Of a stretch of DNA of 64,000 nucleotides, positions 38,351 to 47,113 are shown piece after piece. The translations under genes were made by a program, and so were the position numbers. The notes under the pieces are model-generated. The model had not been told where the DNA came from. It searched no databases and saw only the letters and a list, made by a program, of their open reading frames with translations. The stretch spans positions 1,070-65,069 of IMG/VR virus record IMGVR_UViG_3300020049_003954; one strand, written 5' to 3'. Each line of letters begins with the position of its first letter. Position 1 is the first letter of the stretch. The stretch is from a virus. Its lineage: Duplodnaviria; Caudoviricetes.

Positions 38351-38877
38351 AGGTCAACTCCTAGTCTCACCATCTGCTGATGCATAACATATCCCTTGAA
38401 GCCGTATACGAAGTCAAGTTCTCCGATACGTCGCTGCTTGTCAGGGTTATGGTGCTGAGCAATTAAGATATTAGCAGTCTTATTTCTCCACCAAGCGAGC
38501 TTCTTCAAGTAGACATAAACTACACCATCAATGAGTAGACCGTCACCACGAGAAAGCTCATTCGCTGAGTAGTACGACCAGCTATTTGGCTTAGACCATT
38601 TAGGCTCTTCGTAGATATCTAGCTCTGCACTCATCTTCTCATAGATAGCAAGAGCTTCCTGGCGGATCTTTTCCTTCTCCTCATCAGAGATTAGCTCAAT
38701 CTTGACAGGAGCTTTAGACGTGCCCGTTCTTTTCAGCGATGGATGAGGTGGTGCAATAAACGTATCATCTTCATCAAAGACAGTGTTGAATCTCGCCTTG
38801 TCCTTACTTGCTCTATCAAGTTCTTCCCGAAGAGACTTGATGATCTTTTCAGTTGAGTTAGTCTCAATATACGTCAT
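38347..38877 (-). CDS. Hypothetical protein
   Basis: 176 aa soluble ORF inside the membrane array. Confidence 0.65.
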   Translation of the reverse strand: MTYIETNSTEKIIKSLREELDRASKDKARFNTVFDEDDTFIAPPHPSLKRTGTSKAPVKIELISDEEKEKIRQEALAIYEKMSAELDIYEEPKWSKPNSWSYYSANELSRGDGLLIDGVVYVYLKKLAWWRNKTANILIAQHHNPDKQRRIGELDFVYGFKGYVMHQQMVRLGVDL

Positions 38878-39167
38878 ACGTTTTCCTTAGGTTTTTTAAT
38901 TTCCCATACGAGCCACTGAGCTAGTCGGAAGATAATCCAAGTTGGGACAGCTACGATTCCAAGTACAACAGCAAACGGAATCCACAGAGGCCAAAATAAT
39001 GCCAGTATACTAACTAGAAATCCGTATTGACTAGTCTCGATAGTGTCAGAAAATTCTTGAAGAGTAGTTGCCTTCTCTTGTGTATCGGCAGTAATAAAAG
39101 CTGCACCTATAGCGAAGATTAAAATTCCTACACAGCAGTAGATAAGTACTATATAAAGGAAAGTCAT
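38874..39167 (-). CDS. 2-TM membrane protein, paralog 3
   Basis: YCCVG / FWPL / ends KPKENV. Confidence 0.75.
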   Translation of the reverse strand: MTFLYIVLIYCCVGILIFAIGAAFITADTQEKATTLQEFSDTIETSQYGFLVSILALFWPLWIPFAVVLGIVAVPTWIIFRLAQWLVWEIKKPKENV

Positions 39168-39427
39168 TATACATTCTCCCTAGGAGCAAGTAGTTCATTG
39201 GAACACCAAGAGGCAGCTTTCACAACAAGACCTACAAGGTAAATCATAGCAAAGACAGGAACGGTTAGAATGAGAAGCGGCCAAAAGGCTCCAACTAAAA
39301 CGATTGCGAAGACGTTTCCGTACTCTTCGGTCCAATCTATTTTCCTTTTCTTTTCCTGATAGGTTGCAATGAAAGTTGCGATGAAAATCCCGATGATGAC
39401 ATATGGGATGATTAGTAATAGAATCAT
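39167..39427 (-). CDS. 2-TM membrane protein, paralog 4
   Basis: YVIIG / FWPL / ends APRENV. Confidence 0.75.
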   Translation of the reverse strand: MILLLIIPYVIIGIFIATFIATYQEKKRKIDWTEEYGNVFAIVLVGAFWPLLILTVPVFAMIYLVGLVVKAASWCSNELLAPRENV

Positions 39428-39771
39428 GGCTTATCCTCACAGTAGATTTGCTGAGTGTAACCAGCGGCATCAGTTTCTTCTAGGGACTGATCGCCGTCGC
39501 TATAGAGGCAGACTTGATCACCTTTGTCACCTTTGAAAAGGTAATTAAAGCCGACGTTCTCAACCTTCTCACGATTAGTGATCTGTTCAATCTCTTGAAG
39601 GTTGTTTACATGAGTGGTAACAACTGTACCAGCAGCGAGGCAAAGGAGGAGTCCAACGGCATTGAAGACAATGCCTGCATCATCTTTCCTAGCAAGCCAG
39701 AAGATTATTCCAGCTACGAATAGTAAACTTATAATTACCGTTGCAAGAATACATGCAGCTACCCAGATCAT
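39424..39771 (-). CDS. Membrane protein
   Basis: 115 aa, 2 TM plus a soluble tail. Confidence 0.65.
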   Translation of the reverse strand: MIWVAACILATVIISLLFVAGIIFWLARKDDAGIVFNAVGLLLCLAAGTVVTTHVNNLQEIEQITNREKVENVGFNYLFKGDKGDQVCLYSDGDQSLEETDAAGYTQQIYCEDKP

Positions 39772-40043
39772 ACATTCTCCTTTGGATTAGCAAGTTCCTT
39801 AGCTGCGTAGGTGATAAGGCCATCAGCCTTAAAACCAGCAAAAGCGAAACCCTTACCTACTAGAAGTAGTGGTGTTAGAGGCCATAGGATTGGTAAACAA
39901 ATAACCAGCAGCACGGTGAAGAAGTTATCAGACCATCCAAGTTCACTGCCAACGAGTTTATTCTTTTCGTTGAAGTATACTGCTGTAAATCTAGCAAGTG
40001 TTAAACCGATCAATAGATAAGCGACTATTCCTAGAGCAATCAT
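39768..40043 (-). CDS. 2-TM membrane protein, paralog 5
   Basis: YLLIG / LWPL / ends NPKENV. Confidence 0.75.
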   Translation of the reverse strand: MIALGIVAYLLIGLTLARFTAVYFNEKNKLVGSELGWSDNFFTVLLVICLPILWPLTPLLLVGKGFAFAGFKADGLITYAAKELANPKENV

Positions 40044-40186
40044 TCGACTTCCTCATCTTTGTTCGCTAAGAATGCTCCGGCTAGAAAGCCCACAACAAGA
40101 GCCACACCAAGAGCAACTGCTAATAGTGGATTGAAAACTAACAATACTAAAGCAACAACAATTACGATAATAATACCTAATAACAT
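40040..40186 (-). CDS. Small hydrophobic protein (48 aa)
   Basis: RBS AAGGAG then ATG 40186, in frame with track ORF 40040..40381. Confidence 0.6.
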   Translation of the reverse strand: MLLGIIIVIVVALVLLVFNPLLAVALGVALVVGFLAGAFLANKDEEVE

Positions 40187-40187
40187 A

Positions 40188-40520
40188 TCAATCTCCTTCA
40201 CATGAGATAATTTCGAATTTACCTTCGTCAATTTTTTCTGCGGTACAACGGGCTTCATGCCTGTTAAATCCAGTCCATAAAGGATGGCCTGCCCATGTTT
40301 CGCTACCTTTGATTTCTTTTCTAGCATCAAACTCGTCAAAGTTGATTGATGTCTCCACAATTCCGAGAATACAAAACACAAAAAAGAAACATGCAGTCAC
40401 GACGCTGGAGAATAGAAACCAAGTTGGCGGATATTCCGTATTCTTTCTATCTGCAATATAGTAGGAAATTAATACCACTCCTGCGATAAGAAAAGCAACT
40501 AATGCAATAATCCAAAACAT
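40188..40520 (-). CDS. Membrane protein
   Basis: 110 aa, 2 TM. Confidence 0.65.
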   Translation of the reverse strand: MFWIIALVAFLIAGVVLISYYIADRKNTEYPPTWFLFSSVVTACFFFVFCILGIVETSINFDEFDARKEIKGSETWAGHPLWTGFNRHEARCTAEKIDEGKFEIISCEGD

Positions 40521-40801
40521 TATTTAACTTCTCTCAGTTCGTACTTCTTTCCTTTGATTTCTACAATCTCACCCTCACAAGATGGTTCTGCTTCTTTTAA
40601 TCTTAGATCATTAACTTCAAATGGTTCATCTACAAGTGATAAGAACCAACTAATGTTGCCATACTGATAGCTGCTTAGATTAAGCTGTTTCCAGCCTAAA
40701 AGAGTTTTAATTTCAAGCGCTTGATTAATCTCAGTTGCCGAACCAAAATCAACTGATTCTTGTGTATATTTAATAAGGTTGTGTAAAGTTTTACTATCCA
40801 T
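40520..40801 (-). CDS. Hypothetical protein
   Basis: 93 aa. Confidence 0.6.
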   Translation of the reverse strand: MDSKTLHNLIKYTQESVDFGSATEINQALEIKTLLGWKQLNLSSYQYGNISWFLSLVDEPFEVNDLRLKEAEPSCEGEIVEIKGKKYELREVK

Positions 40802-40833
40802 TTTTTTTTATCCTTTGTTCGGCTAACTTACAG

Positions 40834-40876
40834 TAGGCCGGGGGAGATTTGAACTCACCTATCTCCCGCTTATAAG
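40834..40876 (-). pseudogene. 3' half of a tRNA-Ile(UAU)
   Basis: CT-TAT-AA loop, GCGGG, T arm GTTCAAAT, acceptor 3' strand; 5' half missing. Confidence 0.6.
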
Positions 40877-40878
40877 AG

Positions 40879-40961
40879 TCCCGCAGGGAGGATTTGAACC
40901 TCCGTGGCCCAGGCTACAGAATTATAATCCACCGCTTATAAGACGGCTCTGATACTGCGGG
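40879..40961 (-). ncRNA. D-armless tRNA-like RNA with UAU anticodon loop
   Basis: Acceptor CCCGCAG/CTGCGGG, arm GCCGT-CTTATAA-GCGGT, 27-nt variable region, T arm GGAGG-TTCAAAT-CCTCC. Confidence 0.7.
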
Positions 40962-40967
40962 TTGGGC

Positions 40968-40992
40968 GAACAGTTTTATATCATGTTCAGGA
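40968..40992 (-). repeat. Motif A hairpin, copy 1
   Basis: TCCT-GAACA-TGATATAAAAC-TGTTC. Confidence 0.7.
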
Positions 40993-41000
40993 TAACTCAC

Positions 41001-41174
41001 TTACTTAAGTAGGTCCTGCGTCCAAGTATCTGCCATCTCAATATCTGTACGGTAGGCTACCGCTTTAGCTCTAAGTGGCTTGTTTTCATAAACAAGATTA
41101 GCATCCATGATAGCACCAAACCACAGGACGATCAGCCCAAATAAGACCCATGCAATTCCTAAAATTAGCCACAT
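41001..41174 (-). CDS. Small membrane protein (57 aa)
   Basis: Translated by hand; N-terminal TM; overlaps the SpoU stop. Confidence 0.55.
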   Translation of the reverse strand: MWLILGIAWVLFGLIVLWFGAIMDANLVYENKPLRAKAVAYRTDIEMADTWTQDLLK

Positions 41175-41683
41175 TAGATACTCCTAGCTAACTCGTACAT
41201 TGCGATAGCTGCCGCTGTAGACACGTTCAGAGAGCGTACAGAACCTCTGCCCACAATCTCCACAGTCCCATAACAGCGCTCTAGAATCTCGTCTGAGAGG
41301 CCACTGTTCTCTTCACCTACAAGGATGCAGGGATTGTCGGGCCAGATAAACTTCTCTACCGGAGTAGTATAGCTGACATTGTTCTCCAATGCAACTAGGT
41401 TAAGACCACGTTCTGTAATCTCTCTCAGGAACTCTTCCTCTTCGGAGAAATAAGTTACTTCGGTGTAGTTGTAAGTACCAACAGCACCACGGCGATCCCA
41501 CTTACGGCGGCCGAAGTAAAGAACCTCTCTAAAGCCGAGAAAATTAGCTGTACGGATAATCGAACCAAGGTTCAAGTTACCATACACATTGTGCATAGCA
41601 ATAGTAGCTGGAATAGTCTGAGCCTGGACAATCTCCTTGATTTCTTCCACGGTTAAGTCCTTCATCTCGTCTAGTACGTTCAT
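41174..41683 (-). CDS. SpoU/TrmH-family RNA methyltransferase
   Basis: NLGSIIRTA, GEENSGL, RSLNVSTAAAI. Confidence 0.9.
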   Translation of the reverse strand: MNVLDEMKDLTVEEIKEIVQAQTIPATIAMHNVYGNLNLGSIIRTANFLGFREVLYFGRRKWDRRGAVGTYNYTEVTYFSEEEEFLREITERGLNLVALENNVSYTTPVEKFIWPDNPCILVGEENSGLSDEILERCYGTVEIVGRGSVRSLNVSTAAAIAMYELARSI

Positions 41684-41904
41684 CGTTCACCATTCTCCCA
41701 TACACAATCAACAGCAGGGGCAACCGCATCAAAGGTACTAATAACAACAACACAGGTTGCGAGGCCCTGATTTGTTACAATAGTATCTGTGGTCAGCTTC
41801 ATTTCTGTGCCATTACTATTGCTAACCTCATTTGGTTCGCCATAGTTACCGCAACCGGTCAGCAATGAAATACCAACCACTAGACCAATCAATACTTTCT
41901 TCAT
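41680..41904 (-). CDS. Small lipoprotein
   Basis: Signal peptide with LTGC lipobox. Confidence 0.7.
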   Translation of the reverse strand: MKKVLIGLVVGISLLTGCGNYGEPNEVSNSNGTEMKLTTDTIVTNQGLATCVVVISTFDAVAPAVDCVWENGER

Positions 41905-42161
41905 GCTACAACCTCCACATTGTCACGCCAACGGTAACCAACTTCCCGAACAGACTTCTTGTCGAAAAGTTCAGGAGTAGCGAGGTAAACTCGCACTGGA
42001 AGGTGAGGGAAGTTATCTTCCTTCACTTCACATCCAGCAACCTTGAAAGTATTCTGCTTTCCAGAGGTCTGGTTGGTCAGAACGATGGTGTCGTTCTTGG
42101 TGAGATGTGCAGCCTGCTTGGTCTTAGTGTTGATCTTCATAATTACCTTTCTGGTGGCCAT
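41901..42161 (-). CDS. Hypothetical protein
   Basis: 86 aa. Confidence 0.6.
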   Translation of the reverse strand: MATRKVIMKINTKTKQAAHLTKNDTIVLTNQTSGKQNTFKVAGCEVKEDNFPHLPVRVYLATPELFDKKSVREVGYRWRDNVEVVA

Positions 42162-42550
42162 GAGCCGTATTCGATTCCATTGATAGTGTAGATAACCTTT
42201 TTGATGCCAGAGTTAATCAAAGCATTCTGACAATGCGAACAAGGCTTAGCGAGTCCGACCTTACCGCTACGACCAATGCGAGCGATATAGATAGTGGCAC
42301 CCTTAGGGTTACCACAACGCTTTAAAGCGTCCATCTCAGCATGAAGAGAAACCCTCTCCCTGACTCCTGGCATATCAAAGTCACAGACAGCAGGATTGCT
42401 ACGGAGCTTTGAAAGCCCCACAGACTGCACTGAACCGCCCTTAGTAATAATAGCAGCTAGACGCCACTTAGGATATGTGTCATTTGCCTCAGCAGTCTTA
42501 ACTGCCAGATCAAGATGACGTGGAAAATTCCGCTCAGCGGACTCCTTTAA
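42143..42550 (-). CDS. Cytidine/dCMP deaminase-family protein; 5' end lacks an in-frame start codon
   Basis: HAEMDAL and KPCSHC; frame open upstream through RHLDLAVK without ATG/GTG/TTG. Confidence 0.7.
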   Translation of the reverse strand, partial: LKESAERNFPRHLDLAVKTAEANDTYPKWRLAAIITKGGSVQSVGLSKLRSNPAVCDFDMPGVRERVSLHAEMDALKRCGNPKGATIYIARIGRSGKVGLAKPCSHCQNALINSGIKKVIYTINGIEYGSWPPER

Positions 42551-42648
42551 ACATTATCTGTCACCTCCACAAATAAAACATCTCTCATCACGAGGATTAA
42601 TGTTATCACAATGACCACAATGGCGGCAGATGTGATAGATGTATTTAA

Positions 42649-42900
42649 TCATCTATAAACTTCCTCTGATAACAGGGCACCAGTTTCTCCGGTGTCAAGA
42701 TTCTCGTAGCTATACATTCCGTCAACACCATTCATCAACAGTTCTTCGATAGCCTGTCGAACAGCATCCTCAGGAGATTCTGCTGTGAACGTATTTGGAA
42801 ACAACTGAACATCATAGTTGTGTAAATTACTCATCGTAATAGTCTCCATCATCGTAGTAGTCGTCGTACTGTGCGGATTCCGCATCAAGACTCTGCTCAT
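42649..42900 (-). CDS. Hypothetical protein (true start probably downstream, MSNLHN)
   Basis: ORF track. Confidence 0.5.
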   Translation of the reverse strand: MSRVLMRNPHSTTTTTMMETITMSNLHNYDVQLFPNTFTAESPEDAVRQAIEELLMNGVDGMYSYENLDTGETGALLSEEVYR

Positions 42901-42969
42901 ATGCCCACTCAGCAGCAGTCATGTATGGCTCGCCAGCTTCATTAAAAGGTGAATCACTCATCTTAACTC

Positions 42970-43257
42970 CTAGTCTAGATACGGTTCAATAATAATTACC
43001 CGAGCATAACCCGGCTCAACTTCATCATAAGATTCGATGTAATCCTCATGCCACTCTAGTTCGGGATCGCCCTTGAACTTAGCAAAGCCCCCACCATTAG
43101 GTGAAGAGAATTGCTGTAGAGCAGTTTGACGTAAGAGCGTCCCGGTTTCTGGCCGACGAATATCATTCGTTACGTTAACCGCTCTAATGTAATAAGTAAG
43201 AGTCTTCCTGCCATAAGGAGGATTGTGAACATTTCTTTCAATCTCAATTGTTTTCAT
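42970..43257 (-). CDS. Hypothetical protein
   Basis: 95 aa. Confidence 0.6.
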   Translation of the reverse strand: MKTIEIERNVHNPPYGRKTLTYYIRAVNVTNDIRRPETGTLLRQTALQQFSSPNGGGFAKFKGDPELEWHEDYIESYDEVEPGYARVIIIEPYLD

Positions 43258-43882
43258 TCATCAACTTCCTTGCTTCGTCATCTGAAATCTTCTTAAAGTC
43301 TGTAACATCTCTACAGTCAAACCAACGATGACCGTTATAAACCACTCCAATTGCAACAAATTCTTGGCTCATAATTTCAATTGCTTCGGCTGCATGGATT
43401 CCACCATCACGCTCAATGAGAGTATGAAGTGTAGGATTCTCTGGGAACCTAACTACCCACAAATCAATTTCGGGATAGTATTCCAAGAAACACTTACCAA
43501 GCTTCTGTAGCTGAATCCAAAGTTCTCTATGTGAATCTGGAACAAAGTCTACAACACAAGGGATAACCTTACTTGCATTAAGCCAAATCTTACATCTGGC
43601 ACCATAGACATACTGATCAAGGTATCGAACAGATCCATCTTGTGACTTATAGGTTACATAAGCACCAGCATCACTCTTATCTGTAATAAAACGGTTAGAT
43701 TCAAACTCATAACCTTCTTCAAGATCAGCGACCTTACGTTCAATTGTGTATTGTCCTTGCATTACTCTTCGTCCTTTGCATACTGATAGAACATTAAAGC
43801 CAGAACTAGATTCATTGTAATTTGAGAATAATCTTCTCCTGTAATCATTAGGATTACAGCGATAATGCTGAATACAATCCAT
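43244..43882 (-). CDS. Hypothetical protein (true start probably MQGQY)
   Basis: ORF track. Confidence 0.6.
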   Translation of the reverse strand: MDCIQHYRCNPNDYRRRLFSNYNESSSGFNVLSVCKGRRVMQGQYTIERKVADLEEGYEFESNRFITDKSDAGAYVTYKSQDGSVRYLDQYVYGARCKIWLNASKVIPCVVDFVPDSHRELWIQLQKLGKCFLEYYPEIDLWVVRFPENPTLHTLIERDGGIHAAEAIEIMSQEFVAIGVVYNGHRWFDCRDVTDFKKISDDEARKLMNENN

Positions 43883-43906
43883 GCAATAGTATAAAGTGTT
43901 TTCATA

Positions 43907-44236
43907 TTATCCCTCAGCGTAAGCAGCTAAATAGTCGTGCTGATTCAGTGAAACTCTAAACGAGCTAAGATCGGTGTTATCTAACGGAGGCCCATAAGGA
44001 CGACGAGACAACACAGGATTCTTTGTTACCAAAGTCTCAGTACCACAAGCCTGCATTGCCAGAACCAGGGTCTGATCTAACGGGAATACCTGCCTACGTC
44101 CACAACTATCACACTGATAAGTGTACGTCCACTTCTGCGTATCCTGATTACAAACCAATGTAATCTCCGTATAAGGCACGGCCTTACGTTCACCATCATC
44201 ACAGGTATCACAGTTAACAAATGCGATCGTCGTCAT
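43907..44236 (-). CDS. Zn-ribbon protein
   Basis: CDTC...CDSC. Confidence 0.65.
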   Translation of the reverse strand: MTTIAFVNCDTCDDGERKAVPYTEITLVCNQDTQKWTYTYQCDSCGRRQVFPLDQTLVLAMQACGTETLVTKNPVLSRRPYGPPLDNTDLSSFRVSLNQHDYLAAYAEG

Positions 44237-44577
44237 GATTCTCCTTTAAGTTCATGTACGTCCATCGTTGACTTTGCATTCTTCATGAAGTAATCAAGGT
44301 CAACACAGTCATATCCTAAATCAACGCTAACATCGTGGAGAGCATTGTATGTTCTACCCAGGACGATCTGCATTGCATCTGCAATATTATCAGAATAAAT
44401 GTCCTGTCTCATACCAATCTTACCACGCTTCGAATCAGTCATTACGCTGATGTCGTGGCCCTTGTAATTCCTTACAAGCTTCAAAGCTAACTCTTTGGTA
44501 AAGATAACAAGTTCTTCTCTAGAAAGAGGTAGGAAGTCAAAGCTTGTAAAGATGTAATACTCTTTAGGTTCTTTCAT
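44233..44577 (-). CDS. Hypothetical protein
   Basis: 114 aa with RBS. Confidence 0.6.
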   Translation of the reverse strand: MKEPKEYYIFTSFDFLPLSREELVIFTKELALKLVRNYKGHDISVMTDSKRGKIGMRQDIYSDNIADAMQIVLGRTYNALHDVSVDLGYDCVDLDYFMKNAKSTMDVHELKGES

Positions 44578-44597
44578 TTTATCTCCTATTAAACGAG

Positions 44598-44622
44598 TGC
44601 GCCCGGTGGGATTCGAACCTGT
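44598..44622 (-). pseudogene. tRNA 3' remnant (T loop and acceptor strand)
   Basis: GGTTCGAATCCCACCGGGCGCA. Confidence 0.5.
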
Positions 44623-44686
44623 GTTTTCAACTCCAGCTACGGATAAGAAGTTTTCAGACGATACATACTATAGCTTGTTAATTGAG

Positions 44687-44756
44687 TACCCTGCCTAGGA
44701 GTCGAACCTAGCATGACTGGATTAGAAGTCCTGTCTGGGCATCCGGCCCGCAGGGT
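44687..44756 (-). tRNA. tRNA-Arg(UCU), atypical with a short D region
   Basis: ACCCTGC/GCAGGGT acceptor, CT-TCT-AA loop, CTAGG-TTCGACT-CCTAG T arm. Confidence 0.65.
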
Positions 44757-45002
44757 AGATTTTGCTTTACGGCGACGAGGGGTAGAAGCCCTGCCCGACT
44801 ACGAACGCATGATGGCATACTTACGGCTATGCCAGACCTATTTTTTCTTTCTTCCTTTTCTTACTTCTAATAAACAGAAGTATATAATACAGAAAAGGAT
44901 GATGACTGCTAACTCCAACGAGTCTTTCTATCCTTTAAAAGAGGATAGCGAGGCTCACGTTCCTGACGCTGACGCTCAAAGAACTCTTCTACTTCCTGTT
45001 CC

Positions 45003-45215
45003 CTAACCTTGCGTGCGTTCATCAACATACTCCCATCCTTCGCAGGCTTCTACAACCTGAGCCAATGTCGGCTGATCCATGAAACTGAACGAACTGATAT
45101 CTTCACCATCGTCACTGGTGACAATAACAGTCTTACTGCCGAACCACTCGAAATGATATTCAAGGTCTTCGGAAGCCTCAGTCTCAATTACAGTATATAC
45201 CCTTGTCTCGCTCAT
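45003..45215 (-). CDS. Hypothetical protein
   Basis: 70 aa. Confidence 0.55.
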   Translation of the reverse strand: MSETRVYTVIETEASEDLEYHFEWFGSKTVIVTSDDGEDISSFSFMDQPTLAQVVEACEGWEYVDERTQG

Positions 45216-45216
45216 G

Positions 45217-45645
45217 TCAACTCAATTCTGTCTCGTAAAATGAACGGATCTTCTTTGCTGCCTCACCCCAACTGAGTGGAGTCTTAGCTTCTGGATATGG
45301 CTTTGCATCAACAAGAGACTGGACACCATCAGCTAAATCGCCAAACCCATAGATCCACTCTTCGGGCAGACCTAGAGCAATAAAAGCATAATGGGCAGGG
45401 CAGGCAACTAAATCAAGTTCCTCAACTGGAAAATCATGGTTAACAAGCCAAAAACCAATAGCACAATGATCCGCAGAAAGTTCTGTTGCTTCTCGTGGTC
45501 TGTTATAGAAACAGACTGATCCCAACCATCCTGTTCGTACTGGATCAGGATACAGCCTCGTTGGGTTATGTAAATGAGGAGACTCATCCAAGATTGCTAG
45601 AATCTCTTCAATAAATTCCTTTTCTGTGGTGGGTAGATTAATCAT
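45217..45645 (-). CDS. Hypothetical protein
   Basis: 142 aa. Confidence 0.6.
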   Translation of the reverse strand: MINLPTTEKEFIEEILAILDESPHLHNPTRLYPDPVRTGWLGSVCFYNRPREATELSADHCAIGFWLVNHDFPVEELDLVACPAHYAFIALGLPEEWIYGFGDLADGVQSLVDAKPYPEAKTPLSWGEAAKKIRSFYETELS

Positions 45646-45781
45646 TCCGTAAAGGTTCCCTTCAATGGAAGTACCGTAGCAAACTTGCCGTACTGATGTT
45701 CATGTTTAAAGTCCTTTGCCTCTTGTTTTGTCTCAAAGGTCCGAGGCAGAACATTCACTCCTGTAAAGACTACTACAAAAT

Positions 45782-46009
45782 TCACCTATTCTCCTTAACT
45801 ACATAATCCCAATCCACACGGTCCAACTGCTCTGCGCTCAAACCACAGAAGTCTCCAAAGTCCTGGCAGATATCTCTGGCAAATTCTTGGAGTTGCTTTG
45901 CAGCACCTTCGTCATCGTTTGAATCAAGAACTTCATTCATGAAATGATACAGTGGCTCATCATTAGCAAACCACCTATCAACCTCTTCGGATTCCCAATT
46001 GACATCCAT
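45782..46009 (-). CDS. Hypothetical protein
   Basis: 75 aa. Confidence 0.6.
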   Translation of the reverse strand: MDVNWESEEVDRWFANDEPLYHFMNEVLDSNDDEGAAKQLQEFARDICQDFGDFCGLSAEQLDRVDWDYVVKENR

Positions 46010-46124
46010 TACTTCACCCTTTCGTAAAAAAGCTTACTTGCACTTTTATCAAAAAGATCCATCGCAGCGAACCGTGATCGTGCATCTCTCATGATAAAGT
46101 TTTCATCAGTGATATACACATAAT

Positions 46125-46382
46125 TCAAACCGCTGAACTAATCACACCAAGAACATAGTTGAATCTACGCTGCTTCACACAAAGCCATGTGCAAGCATAA
46201 GAGGTCAATACCGCAAAGACTTCCAAGTAATCAAGAGTCTCTACCCATCCGAAGATTGTAGCTACTAAATAAGAAATCGCAGTCAATACAACTGCGACAA
46301 ATGCACTTCCAATATAATCTACCGCTGCTGGACTCTTATGAATTCCAGTATGCGGCGTCGATGTAATTGCAATCTCACTCAT
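46125..46382 (-). pseudogene. Truncated PnuC-like nicotinamide riboside transporter
   Basis: LEVFAVLTSYACTWLCVKQRRFNYVLGVIS then a stop at 85 aa; PnuC is about 200 aa or more. Confidence 0.6.
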
Positions 46383-46451
46383 TACTTACTCCTATACTCT
46401 AAATGATGAACTGGATTACTTTCCTTAAGTGTAGTTCAGCTTCCCAAGCAG

Positions 46452-46535
46452 TGCGGGTAATGGGACTTGAACCCATACGTCCCAAAGGACACCAGATTTT
46501 GAGTCTGGCGCGGCTACCAATTACGCCATACCCGC
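46452..46535 (-). tRNA. tRNA-Leu(CAA)
   Basis: Complete class II cloverleaf, CCAGA-CTCAAAA-TCTGG. Confidence 0.9.
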
Positions 46536-46541
46536 TAAACA

Positions 46542-46856
46542 TTAATCATCAATATCGTGATATCCTTCATCCTCTTCAAAAGCAAACTGTGGAATTAAGG
46601 AAACATATCCAGCATTAGGATCTTCCTTGTTATAGGAAACAGCTTGAACAAACTTCAACCAACAACTCTGATCAAACCAGTATTTCAAAAGATCAAGATT
46701 AGGCTCGTAATACTCGTAACCATATTCTTCTTGGACCGTTGCCTGTTCATCATCCATAGCTAAATAGATTTTGTGACAACCATCCCAATACATACCTTTA
46801 GCATTATCGACCGCATCACTAACGGTATTCCATGCATCATCCATTAAAAGCTCCAA
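46542..46856 (-). CDS. Hypothetical protein
   Basis: 104 aa, WDGCHKIY. Confidence 0.6.
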   Translation of the reverse strand: MELLMDDAWNTVSDAVDNAKGMYWDGCHKIYLAMDDEQATVQEEYGYEYYEPNLDLLKYWFDQSCWLKFVQAVSYNKEDPNAGYVSLIPQFAFEEDEGYHDIDD

Positions 46857-47113
46857 TCAAAGCGCAAACGCTTCTTACAATTCTCGCATTCGATGTAGTG
46901 ATACATCGTCTTAGTCTCACCCTTACTGTTCTTGTAAGTCTTAGCTCTACGAACACTTACATGCTCAACACCTTGCTTACCCTTACAAAACTTCTTTGTA
47001 TTCTTCTTCTTACCCTGGTGTCGAGGAACCTCAGGTTCATCATGAGCATGACGGAAATCACGGCGCTTAATTCCACCGTAACGCCAGGAATCTTCATCCT
47101 TTTTTTTGCTCAA
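46844..47113 (-). CDS. Basic Cys-containing protein
   Basis: 89 aa. Confidence 0.55.
   Translation of the reverse strand: MSKKKDEDSWRYGGIKRRDFRHAHDEPEVPRHQGKKKNTKKFCKGKQGVEHVSVRRAKTYKNSKGETKTMYHYIECENCKKRLRFDWSF

Noticed and set aside
44713-45006. Plus-strand 97-aa ORF
   Set aside because: Antisense to tRNA-Arg with low-complexity translation; the same applies to 46403..46618 and 47551..48003
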